Shown here: positions 7,837-14,416 of the stretch, piece by piece
How positions within the stretch are numbered: the first letter of the stretch is position 1
Layout of the letters: each line of letters begins with the position of its first letter
DNA from: Escherichia phage JLBYU27
Length of the DNA stretch: 16,547 nt
Strand: one strand, 5' to 3'
Sequence record: OK272475.1
Position numbers and translations under genes: made by a program
The notes under the pieces: model-generated
The model's database searches: none
What the model was told of the DNA's origin: nothing
What the model saw: the letters and a program-made list of their open reading frames with translations, nothing else

Positions 7837-8004
7837 TTACGCTGCAGGACCAGATTCTTCCTGCGGTGGTGGGCTTGGCAGCTTCGCATCGAAGACCCCA
7901 GCGTGGCTGATAGTGTCCGCGATGATAGCGCGTGCCCCAGGATCTTCGGTTTTAGCCAGTGCGGCAAGCGCGTCCGCATTATGATCAAGAATACTTTTCA
8001 ACAT
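7837..8004 (-). CDS. hypothetical small protein (55 aa) downstream of endolysin
   Basis: ATG at 8004 with GAGGGGA RBS about 7 nt upstream. No TM segment or lipobox, so not a spanin. The longer ORF-track form (to 8241) would overlap the endolysin gene and is not favoured. Confidence 0.4.
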   Translation of the reverse strand: MLKSILDHNADALAALAKTEDPGARAIIADTISHAGVFDAKLPSPPPQEESGPAA

Positions 8005-8020
8005 ATCGTGTCCCCTCGTA

Positions 8021-8512
8021 TTATGCTGCGTTACGACCGATTCGCTCGGCAACGTCCCACTGCTTACCGTCAAACAACGCCTGTCTGCCGATTGCACGAC
8101 GGACAAGCCCCTTAAGCACTGCCCCGCCTTGCTTGCGGAATTGTGGCAGTGTAGCCCGGACTTTTGCCCAGTCACCCAGGCGGACAGCATCGTCGAAGTC
8201 ACCGGCGACGTCGTCCGGCATGATCGGACCAGGGCCTGCATTGATGACCAGATCCACCAGCGCGTCGAATTGCGCTTGATTAATGCTCGGATGTGCGTAT
8301 TTGTTCACCCAGTCCTCGGCATACGCCACATCGCGCTTGAGCAGTGCCAGCGCTTCCTCGCGGGTAATGCTTCTAGGCGGATTAGTGCCAGTATGACCAT
8401 AACCCCAGGTGTACAGGCCGCGGGCCTGCTCTTTCTTGGTCGCGAAATATGGCACCGGGCTGAAAGCCTCCCAGGCTGCCGTAAATCGTAGACCGTTATC
8501 ACTGAATCGCAT
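8021..8512 (-). CDS. endolysin, phage lysozyme (163 aa)
   Basis: ATG at 8512. Lysozyme-like N-terminal block (LYTWGYGHTG) and C-terminal RRAIGRQALF resembling lambdoid phage lysozymes. Immediately follows holin-like genes. Confidence 0.8.
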   Translation of the reverse strand: MRFSDNGLRFTAAWEAFSPVPYFATKKEQARGLYTWGYGHTGTNPPRSITREEALALLKRDVAYAEDWVNKYAHPSINQAQFDALVDLVINAGPGPIMPDDVAGDFDDAVRLGDWAKVRATLPQFRKQGGAVLKGLVRRAIGRQALFDGKQWDVAERIGRNAA

Positions 8513-8744
8513 GTTTTACCCCATTCAAAACAGCATTACGCAGGGTGCGCAATGCAAACAGCCAGATTAACGCGGTCCAGGTGGTATCAGACACGTCTCC
8601 TGTTTGCAGCAACCCGATAAAACAGACCATTGCCGTTAACAGATACAGCACCCGACCGAAAATGCCATCCTGGACGGACGGCGCATACACGTTAAACAGG
8701 GACGAAGCCCCTATGATAACAAACAACAGGACGGAGATAATCAT
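8499..8744 (-). CDS. small membrane protein in lysis cassette (holin-like / antiholin candidate, 81 aa)
   Basis: ATG at 8744 overlaps the holin stop (ATGA); 2-3 predicted hydrophobic helices; overlaps the endolysin start by 14 nt. Confidence 0.5.
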   Translation of the reverse strand: MIISVLLFVIIGASSLFNVYAPSVQDGIFGRVLYLLTAMVCFIGLLQTGDVSDTTWTALIWLFALRTLRNAVLNGVKHAIQ

Positions 8745-9031
8745 TTTGCACCCCCCGGAAGTCGGAACGACGCAATAGTCCCCCGGATCCGGTCGGCGAT
8801 TGGCATCCAGAAGATGGCAGTTACGAAGCCCAAACCGGCGACAGTGCGCTCGCCAGACAAACCAGACCACTCGGCGATAGCTGGCGCACCAAATATGGCA
8901 CACAGGAAGCCAACCACGATATATAAAACGAAGTTCAACGGCCCTTTCGTTGCCTCGCCATGAATGCGTGCGCCTACGAAGCCACCAGCAAGACACGCAA
9001 TGGCGAATAACCACTCGTTTAGCTTATCCAT
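8741..9031 (-). CDS. holin (96 aa, three hydrophobic segments)
   Basis: ATG at 9031. Three hydrophobic stretches (WLFAIACLAGGFVGA, FVLYIVVGFLCAIFGAPAIA, GLGFVTAIFWMPIA) and a charged C-terminus. First gene of the holin / endolysin cluster. Confidence 0.7.
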   Translation of the reverse strand: MDKLNEWLFAIACLAGGFVGARIHGEATKGPLNFVLYIVVGFLCAIFGAPAIAEWSGLSGERTVAGLGFVTAIFWMPIADRIRGTIASFRLPGGAK

Positions 9032-9083
9032 AAAAAAGTCCCAGTAAGTTTTAGCTCACTGGGACTATATCACGCTTGCATAA
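9032..9083 (-). promoter_or_regulatory. terminator-like hairpin with embedded extended -10 element immediately upstream of holin
   Basis: Perfect 9 bp inverted repeat AGTCCCAGT (9037-9045) / ACTGGGACT (9058-9066) with 12 nt loop; on minus strand followed by TTTTTT then the holin ATG. Minus strand also reads TTATGCAAGCGTGATATAGT (TG-n-TATAGT) overlapping the upstream arm. Confidence 0.45.
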
Positions 9084-9371
9084 TTAATCGAAAATGGACC
9101 ACTTGCCGACGTCTTTCCACGCCCACCCGGATGATCGGACGGCTTCGAATGTTCGACCGCCTATCATATCCCGATACCACAGCCACCACATGCGCAACCT
9201 GGTCGGGTGCTCCGTGATTCCACGGCGCTTGTAGATCTCGAACGTCATGCGGGTAATGCTGGCGGCTTCCACAGCAGGCCATACTACGAACATCAGGACA
9301 CCCAACAGCACCGCGGTAAGCAGACACAGCCCGCAGATCAAACCAAACCAATATATCAAATCGTGTAGCAT
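9084..9371 (-). CDS. hypothetical membrane protein (95 aa, one N-terminal TM segment)
   Basis: ATG at 9371 with GGAAGGGG RBS 8 nt upstream. Hydrophobic N-terminus (IYWFGLICGLCLLTAVLLGVLMFVVW) then a Trp/Arg-rich soluble part. Confidence 0.5.
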   Translation of the reverse strand: MLHDLIYWFGLICGLCLLTAVLLGVLMFVVWPAVEAASITRMTFEIYKRRGITEHPTRLRMWWLWYRDMIGGRTFEAVRSSGWAWKDVGKWSIFD

Positions 9372-9492
9372 CGTATTGCCCCTTCCGGTTTGCCAATATG
9401 GCGCGCCCATGCACGCGCCACGAAGTAATTGCGAAATACCCGACCGCCTATCTCGAAGCGGTTATGCTGAAGCATATCACGGATCGTCGCAC

Positions 9493-9966
9493 TCATTTCA
9501 GAATCACCGAGCGCGGGTCGATGGCTTTCATGCTGCCGTCACGTTCGACCCGGATGAATCCGACGCCGTATTCCTGCGCATGGCGCTGTGCGTTTGTCAC
9601 GGCATCCGCTATGGCGCTCGATCGCTCATGCGGCTGGCGATCCCGAAGGCTGTATTTGCGACCCACTCGCTCGTAATTTACGAGGCCGAAGTAAGTCATA
9701 CCGGCGACGCCATCCTTGCGGGATTGCATACGCAGGCCATGAAGCCCGACATATTCAACGATCCACATACTACCGTCGCGAATATCACGCAGCACATCGC
9801 CGCGCGCAATATCGTGGGTCAGTACGTCAAAGTTTTCATACAGCCCGTCTTTCTTCGCCCACCAAACCCGACTGCCTGCTGCGTTTTGCAGGCGGACGTA
9901 GGAATCCAGGGTCTGTATTGGCGTAAGGATGCACCCGTCATGCTTGCGGCGGAATAGTAATTTCAT
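9493..9966 (-). CDS. hypothetical protein (157 aa), unassigned; candidate late regulator
   Basis: ATG at 9966 with GAGGAGA RBS; start overlaps the stop of the upstream small ORF (ATGA). No motif I can assign. Confidence 0.55.
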   Translation of the reverse strand: MKLLFRRKHDGCILTPIQTLDSYVRLQNAAGSRVWWAKKDGLYENFDVLTHDIARGDVLRDIRDGSMWIVEYVGLHGLRMQSRKDGVAGMTYFGLVNYERVGRKYSLRDRQPHERSSAIADAVTNAQRHAQEYGVGFIRVERDGSMKAIDPRSVILK

Positions 9967-10097
9967 TGCTCTGTCTCCTCGATCTCTTCGATAGTCTTCG
10001 TGTCGCCATCGCATACCGTAGCGATGCCGTTTTGTTTGTAGTCAAGTTCGCACATATGCAGGTAGATAAACTCCTGCGAGAATCCGCCTATCAACAT
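9963..10097 (-). CDS. hypothetical small protein (44 aa), uncertain
   Basis: ATG at 10097 with GGAGA about 9 nt upstream; coupled to the downstream gene. The same frame extends upstream to a GTG at 10268, overlapping the 90-aa ORF in a different frame. Confidence 0.3.
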   Translation of the reverse strand: MLIGGFSQEFIYLHMCELDYKQNGIATVCDGDTKTIEEIEETEQ

Positions 10098-10363
10098 CTG
10101 CTCAGTCTCCAGTGTTTGCCCACCCGCTCGACTGCGGGCTTTCGGCGTAATGTAATACGTATTCCCATTGGTAGCAAGGAAGTCCGCACCCTGAAATCGT
10201 GTTGTGCTGCGAACTGGCGCAAGTAGCGGGTCTGCGTTAATGGCTTCACATCGTCGCGATAGCGCCACAGCACAGAATCGCCCTCAATCGCATTCTTAGC
10301 CCATATTCGTATGCAATGCAGGGTAATGCGCCACGAAAGCTGTTTCGCGCGTCTGCGGTCCAT
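10091..10363 (-). CDS. hypothetical basic protein (90 aa)
   Basis: ATG at 10363 with AAGGGG RBS 6 nt upstream, 10 nt after the stop of the 101-aa gene. Arg/Lys/Trp-rich. Confidence 0.45.
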   Translation of the reverse strand: MDRRRAKQLSWRITLHCIRIWAKNAIEGDSVLWRYRDDVKPLTQTRYLRQFAAQHDFRVRTSLLPMGIRITLRRKPAVERVGKHWRLSRC

Positions 10364-10372
10364 TTTGGCCCC

Positions 10373-10678
10373 TTATTTCGCAAGCTGGGCGAATAGTTCG
10401 CGCTGGGCTTTAATCCGGGCGACGTTTGCCACTGCCGTCTCGCCAATACTGAAGAGATATGCCAGGCGCTCACGGGAGAATGCTTTGGCGTATTCGTGAA
10501 TCGCCACACGCAACGGCTTCAGTTCGTCCAGGCTGGCGTCCATGCGGTAGAGCGCATCCCTAATTGATTGGTGCGCCAGAATAGCAATCTGAAGCGCGGC
10601 GTCTACGCTGCCGTTAAGTGCCTTCGCTTCGTCCAGCTTTGCCACGGCCAGGGTGTAATTCCAGATTAGTGCTTTCAT
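10373..10678 (-). CDS. hypothetical helical protein (101 aa), first gene of the operon upstream of the lysis genes
   Basis: ATG at 10678 with AGAGGA RBS 7 nt upstream, directly downstream of the sigma70-like promoter at 10707-10735. Confidence 0.55.
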   Translation of the reverse strand: MKALIWNYTLAVAKLDEAKALNGSVDAALQIAILAHQSIRDALYRMDASLDELKPLRVAIHEYAKAFSRERLAYLFSIGETAVANVARIKAQRELFAQLAK

Positions 10679-10699
10679 CGTTCAGTCCTCTTGTTGGTG

Positions 10700-10740
10700 T
10701 GCAACCAATATAGCAGTGTGCCAGGCAGGATGCAACCAAT
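10700..10740 (-). promoter_or_regulatory. sigma70-like promoter with extended -10, flanked by two ATATTGGTTGCA direct repeats
   Basis: Minus strand: -35 TTGCAT (10735..10730), 17 bp spacer, TGcTATATT (10715..10707). The 10-mer ATATTGGTTGCA occurs twice (complement of 10701-10712 and 10731-10742). Leader is near-identical to that of the clamp-like gene. Confidence 0.45.
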
Positions 10741-10945
10741 ATTAATCACGCGTATGAAAAAGTTGATCGCTATCTGCTGAAACTGCAAACTGCATTTTTC
10801 ACTTTCCATTCTGCATCGCGCATTGGTTGCCGAGTTCATCGCCGACCGCAATTTGCATCATGTTGCCGTGGATTATGCAATCCCGGATTTTATGCAGTCT
10901 CAGACGAGGGGGGTGACAGACCCCCCGTCTAGTCTGAAAGACTGG

Positions 10946-11210
10946 GGTGCTGTCCCGCTGTCCCGATCGGCTAAACCCCGCGGCAGCACTGGCGGGGACA
11001 GGGTGCTGTCCCGCTTTGTCCCGCCCCTGGTCTGTCCCGCTTTTTGTCCCGCTTAGTTTATGCACGAAAACAGAATAGATATTCACATTTTGGGGGTGGG
11101 ACAGATCGGGACAGCACCCCTGTCCCGTTTTTAATTTATGCAATGTTGGTGGGTAAATATGCAGTTTTTAGAGGTGCGGGATAGAACGGGACAAAACGGG
11201 ACGTCCCGCC
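10946..11210. repeat. iteron-like array of at least 12 copies of TGTCCCGC / GCGGGACA in both orientations
   Basis: Forward copies at about 10951, 10959, 11007, 11017, 11033, 11045, 11121; inverted copies at about 10993, 11097, 11106, 11176, 11186; a perfect 12 bp palindrome CGGGACGTCCCG at 11197-11208. Longer unit GGTGCTGTCCCGC recurs three times. Interspersed AT-rich TTTATGCA motifs. One hairpin CGGGACAG-caccc-CTGTCCCG is followed by TTTTT. Confidence 0.8.
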
Positions 11211-11222
11211 TGTACCGCTTCG

Positions 11223-11547
11223 TTATGCGGGGTTCTGCCGCGCCATTTCATCCAGCGCAACGCGTTCCATTAGCTTGATATCTTTAAACGCACGTTGCGC
11301 GTTTTCGATGCCGTGCATCTTAAATAGCCATTCCAGTACGCCGTAGTCGATGCCGTATGCGCCGCCGAATCCGGTACGCCATTGCGTGGCGCAATCGGTG
11401 AAGACTGCGACTATCTTCGCATTGTCGGGCCATATTGCAACAGGCGGACAAACATCTTCGGGGGCCGCACCCCATAAACTTGCGGCTAAATCTTCGGAGG
11501 GTGGCGGCGGGCCATAAAAGCGTCGCGCCGCCTCAATTAGTTTTTTT
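11223..11547 (-). CDS. -1 frameshift extension of the tail assembly chaperone (GT-like T domain, about 107 codons)
   Basis: A7 slippery run (plus-strand T7 at 11541-11547) lies immediately before the G-gene stop; by hand translation the -1 frame stays open from there to a TAA at 11225..11223 (KKLIEAARRFYGPPPPSEDLAASLWGAAPEDV ... KLMERVALDEMARQNPA). Confidence 0.5.
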
Positions 11548-11899
11548 CACGCAGGCCCATCAGTTCGAGATAGTACGACGTGTGGAACACACCGAACGCG
11601 CGAGGGTAGTTAACCACCAGGCGGCGGACGTTCTCCGCGTTAAATTCATCTGGCAGATTCCAGCCTTCAGCGACGTGCATGATGGCCTCGACCATAACGT
11701 TAAAGCCTTCCGGGTCGTTGTCGTCGTATTCCGACAGCTTGCGCTCCGTGTCCTGCATGGTCTGCGAAAATTCGTCGATCGGGCGGTGGCGTACGGTAAA
11801 CGTCATTTTGCCTGGTTCGTTCTCACCAGGGCGCGGGATCTCAATCGGCAGCTTAAAGGTAGGCTTAGGGTCAAGTGTAAAGAGTGGTGCTTTAGCCAT
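11537..11899 (-). CDS. tail assembly chaperone (lambda G-like, 120 aa)
   Basis: ATG at 11899 with GGAG RBS; acidic small protein immediately downstream of the major tail gene; ends ...GLREKN with the A7 slippery site in the last codons. Confidence 0.6.
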   Translation of the reverse strand: MAKAPLFTLDPKPTFKLPIEIPRPGENEPGKMTFTVRHRPIDEFSQTMQDTERKLSEYDDNDPEGFNVMVEAIMHVAEGWNLPDEFNAENVRRLVVNYPRAFGVFHTSYYLELMGLREKN

Positions 11900-11913
11900 T
11901 GTAGTATTCTCCA

Positions 11914-11938
11914 ATAAAAAAGGGGCCGTGCTGGCCCC
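11914..11938 (-). terminator. rho-independent terminator after the major tail gene
   Basis: Stem GGGGCC / GGCCCC with loop of 5 nt; on minus strand followed by TTTTTTATT. Sits between the major tail stop and the chaperone RBS. Confidence 0.65.
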
Positions 11939-11968
11939 ATATTATCACCCGCTATTTAAGCGACCAAA

Positions 11969-12694
11969 TCAAGACAGCGCCTCGACCAAGTCCTTACGGT
12001 AAATAACCATATCGGACTGCATGGTCAGCGTGGACTCCACCGTCTCCACGTTGTTTACTTCAGACGATGGGATCTTCCGGAAAGACACCTTAGCCGGGTA
12101 AATGCGGATCTCACCTTTGCCGCTTGCCGCTGCCGGGTTAGTGAACTTAATCACAGTGGTTTTCTGTGTGTCGTCCAGGTCTTCCAGAATCGGGCGGATC
12201 GGGTCTTCTTCGTCGTGGGTGAAGGTGTAAGTCTGGACCAACGGGTTTTTCGTGGTGTTCAGACTGATCGCGGTATTCACCTGCAACGGCTGGAAGGTAG
12301 TAGTCTGCTGGTCGCCACCAGACACGGCGACGTTAGTGATATACGGGAAGTCGACAAAGCTCGACACCTTCACCACCTCACCCGGTGTTCCTGTGCTGAA
12401 AGCGCCGGTAGGGTATTTGGTTACGTCTTTAGTATCGAAGCGCGCCAGTGTAACGTCGTTAGTCGCCACTTTACCCACGATGAACGCGCGGTTCAGCGCA
12501 CGGACCCACGGGGTTTTAGTGAACATAACCACGTCACCAACTTTCAGGCCATGAGAAGCCGCGCAGGTGATAACGCAACCTTTCGTAAGACCAGAGATCG
12601 ACGCGGCGGCGTTGGTAGCTGCCGTAACGGCGATACCTTCGCTTAATACGGACCCAATCTGCACGCTGGATCCATTCGGTAACTGGTAGCCCAA
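11969..12694 (-). CDS. major tail protein (lambda V-position, 241 aa)
   Basis: TTG start at 12694 preceded by AGGAGG with 5 nt spacing; an in-frame stop lies just upstream so no ATG alternative exists. Ser/Thr/Val-rich protein followed by a terminator and the G/GT chaperone pair. Confidence 0.6.
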   Translation of the reverse strand: MGYQLPNGSSVQIGSVLSEGIAVTAATNAAASISGLTKGCVITCAASHGLKVGDVVMFTKTPWVRALNRAFIVGKVATNDVTLARFDTKDVTKYPTGAFSTGTPGEVVKVSSFVDFPYITNVAVSGGDQQTTTFQPLQVNTAISLNTTKNPLVQTYTFTHDEEDPIRPILEDLDDTQKTTVIKFTNPAAASGKGEIRIYPAKVSFRKIPSSEVNNVETVESTLTMQSDMVIYRKDLVEALS

Positions 12695-12749
12695 AATATC
12701 CTCCTAAATCAATAGATTACAGTATTTGCAGCCTGAGACATTTCAGGTC

Positions 12750-12778
12750 TTGACTAATCATACCACCAACGGTACTAT
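12750..12778 (+). promoter_or_regulatory. sigma70-like promoter for the plus-strand HNH-like gene
   Basis: -35 TTGACT (12750-12755), 17 bp spacer, -10 TACTAT (12773-12778); GGAG RBS at 12801 and ATG at 12810. Confidence 0.4.
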
Positions 12779-12809
12779 CCACAAAAATCGTTAATCAACT
12801 GGAGCGGAT

Positions 12810-13403
12810 ATGCGTAAAGGCATTCTTTTCGAAGGCATGACATTTAGAGGCGTTACTTTGTTGCGTAAAGGGCCAGGCCTTAAGTGGTTCTGTTCTTGCC
12901 CCGTATGCGGAAGCGAGACACTTCGCACTAACGGCGCACTATTGGATTTTATGCGAGGCGAAACACTGCGCTGGGTATGTACTTGTTTCGGCAAGAAATC
13001 TCGACACGGAATGACGGGGACGCCAACAATGATTACATGGGAAGGTATGATTCAGCGATGCCACAACCCCAATGCGACTAAATACGAAATATATGGCGGT
13101 CGAGGGATTACGGTGTGTGACCGCTGGCGAGTATTCAAGAACTTCCTGGAAGATATGGGCTTGCGGCCCGCCGGAGCAACCCTTGATAGAATCGACAGTA
13201 ACGGCAACTATGAGCCAGGTAATTGCCGGTGGGCATCCCAAAAAGACCAAACCGAAAACACTCGTAGGATTGTCCGAGTTATATATGAGGGGCGTGAATA
13301 TTGTCTTAAGGAAGCGTGCAAGGCGGCGGGCGTGAATTATGACACTATTAGAAAGAAATGGAAAAAAAGCGGGGAAATGTTCCACCGCTTTGAGATGATT
13401 TAA
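12810..13403 (+). CDS. HNH/AP2-family homing-endonuclease-like DNA-binding protein with N-terminal Cys-rich zinc-ribbon-like segment (197 aa)
   Basis: Contains the W..M..RC.NPN...Y..YGGRGI.VCDRW..F..F..DMG ... LDRID..GNYEP.NCRWA motif block that I recall from phage HNH/AP2-type homing endonuclease-like proteins; N-terminal CSCPVCG ... CTCFG. Opposite strand to the flanking tail genes; its stop overlaps the stop of the convergent U-like gene (TTAA). Confidence 0.55.
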   Translation: MRKGILFEGMTFRGVTLLRKGPGLKWFCSCPVCGSETLRTNGALLDFMRGETLRWVCTCFGKKSRHGMTGTPTMITWEGMIQRCHNPNATKYEIYGGRGITVCDRWRVFKNFLEDMGLRPAGATLDRIDSNGNYEPGNCRWASQKDQTENTRRIVRVIYEGREYCLKEACKAAGVNYDTIRKKWKKSGEMFHRFEMI

Positions 13404-13822
13404 GCGCAACAGGTGTAGGGGACTGTAACCACGATGCGGGCGCGATCAACGTCCTCAACCACTGAACTGGTGTATGGCGCGTCCTGAAGCTGGAATGCAG
13501 CGCCGGAAATCTTTACCGTCAACCACTTATCCGACGTAGCGATGGCGTCCGCCAGTTCGCTCGCGTACTGTGTACCCGTGCCTGCAGGGAACACCACGGC
13601 AACCTGATATACGCCTGCATAGATTCTCCCCTTTTGCTGGAGGCCCACAAACTGGGTCGGGGCCGGTAGCAGGTACGGCTCCAGGTAGACACCACTCCCG
13701 TTTGCGTGGTCCCCTTGCACGTTCTCCCAGTTAACCTTGATCGGCCGCGGGCTTGTGCTTAGGCTCGCCGATAACTCTTCTACCACGCTGTTAAGCGCTT
13801 TGCGGATTGCGGTATTGCTCAT
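13400..13822 (-). CDS. putative tail terminator / tail completion protein (lambda U-position, 140 aa)
   Basis: ATG at 13822 overlapping the upstream stop (TAATG); size and position immediately upstream of the major tail gene. Assignment by synteny only. Confidence 0.4.
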   Translation of the reverse strand: MSNTAIRKALNSVVEELSASLSTSPRPIKVNWENVQGDHANGSGVYLEPYLLPAPTQFVGLQQKGRIYAGVYQVAVVFPAGTGTQYASELADAIATSDKWLTVKISGAAFQLQDAPYTSSVVEDVDRARIVVTVPYTCCA

Positions 13823-14415
13823 TATTTCACCTTCGAATTAATTTCTGCCGCTACGACGCGAACAATCCCCGCGGGCGCTTGTTTACTCCAGCCATACTCA
13901 AGTCGCTGCGCGTATGGCACGTTGTTAGTAAACCAGATCGACCCGTATTCACTGGAATCGTAATGCGCCAGCACTTCACGCCCTGCGGCTAATGTTGCCG
14001 TTCCGGCCTTATCCACGCGGTCAATAGCGCCAACAGCCGGGCGGTCGAACGTAACCTGCCAGTTTCCCCGGAAGCGTCCGCCGGTGTAATTCTTCGCAGC
14101 CCAGCCACGCTGGCGGAACGTGACGTTGCCGTTTTTAGTCTTGAATGATACCAGCACGCTGGCGTGCTTTTTCTGCCCGCGCTTCAGTTTGCCACCATTC
14201 TTGCGACGCTGCGCGGCGTTCACCTTGTTCGCGTGCTGGCGGGCCAGCGCGTAAGCCCTGTTAATTTTCCACCGGCGAGGGTCGCCCACCGGGGAGATCT
14301 CAATAAGGCGTCCGAGTATTTGCATACCGTACGCCCGCACCGCCTTGTCGTTGTTCTCCTTCGTCTTATCCACCCACGTTGCAATAGTGGCGGCGAATGA
14401 GTAGACCTCAGCCAC
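13822..14415 (-). CDS. putative tail completion / head-tail component (lambda Z-position, 197 aa)
   Basis: GTG start at 14415 with AAGGGG RBS 6 nt upstream. Basic protein (RRKNGGKLKRGQKK). Assignment by size and synteny. Confidence 0.4.
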   Translation of the reverse strand: MAEVYSFAATIATWVDKTKENNDKAVRAYGMQILGRLIEISPVGDPRRWKINRAYALARQHANKVNAAQRRKNGGKLKRGQKKHASVLVSFKTKNGNVTFRQRGWAAKNYTGGRFRGNWQVTFDRPAVGAIDRVDKAGTATLAAGREVLAHYDSSEYGSIWFTNNVPYAQRLEYGWSKQAPAGIVRVVAAEINSKVK

Positions 14416-14416
14416 G

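Noticed and set aside
7837-8241. 134-aa minus-strand ORF extending upstream of the 55-aa ORF
   Set aside because: Most of it overlaps the endolysin gene in another frame; only the ATG/RBS-supported 55-aa C-terminal part was kept.
8982-8989. Chi site GCTGGTGG on the minus strand
   Set aside because: A single occurrence of an 8-mer in 16.5 kb is about what chance predicts; no clustering.
9070-9414. Alternative 114-aa reading frame overlapping the 95-aa membrane protein gene
   Set aside because: Starts at a non-ATG codon inside the holin-upstream hairpin, and the competing frame has a strong RBS and a clear TM segment.
9399-9420. Hairpin TGGCGCG-cccatgca-CGCGCCA between the 157-aa and 95-aa genes as a terminator
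   Set aside because: No U-tract follows on either strand; kept only as a possible RNA structure.
10799-11143. 114-aa minus-strand ORF and 77-aa plus-strand ORF across the repeat region
   Set aside because: Translations are low-complexity products of the GTCCCG repeats (Pro/Ser/Gly/Arg runs) with no start context; more likely non-coding.
10946-11210. Possible CRISPR array in the GTCCCG repeat region
   Set aside because: The motif is only 7-8 bp, occurs in both orientations with irregular spacing, and there are no spacer-length unique segments or leader.
10680-11222. tRNA or tmRNA gene in the long non-coding region
   Set aside because: No cloverleaf-compatible segment or GTTCGAATC-type T-loop found on inspection.
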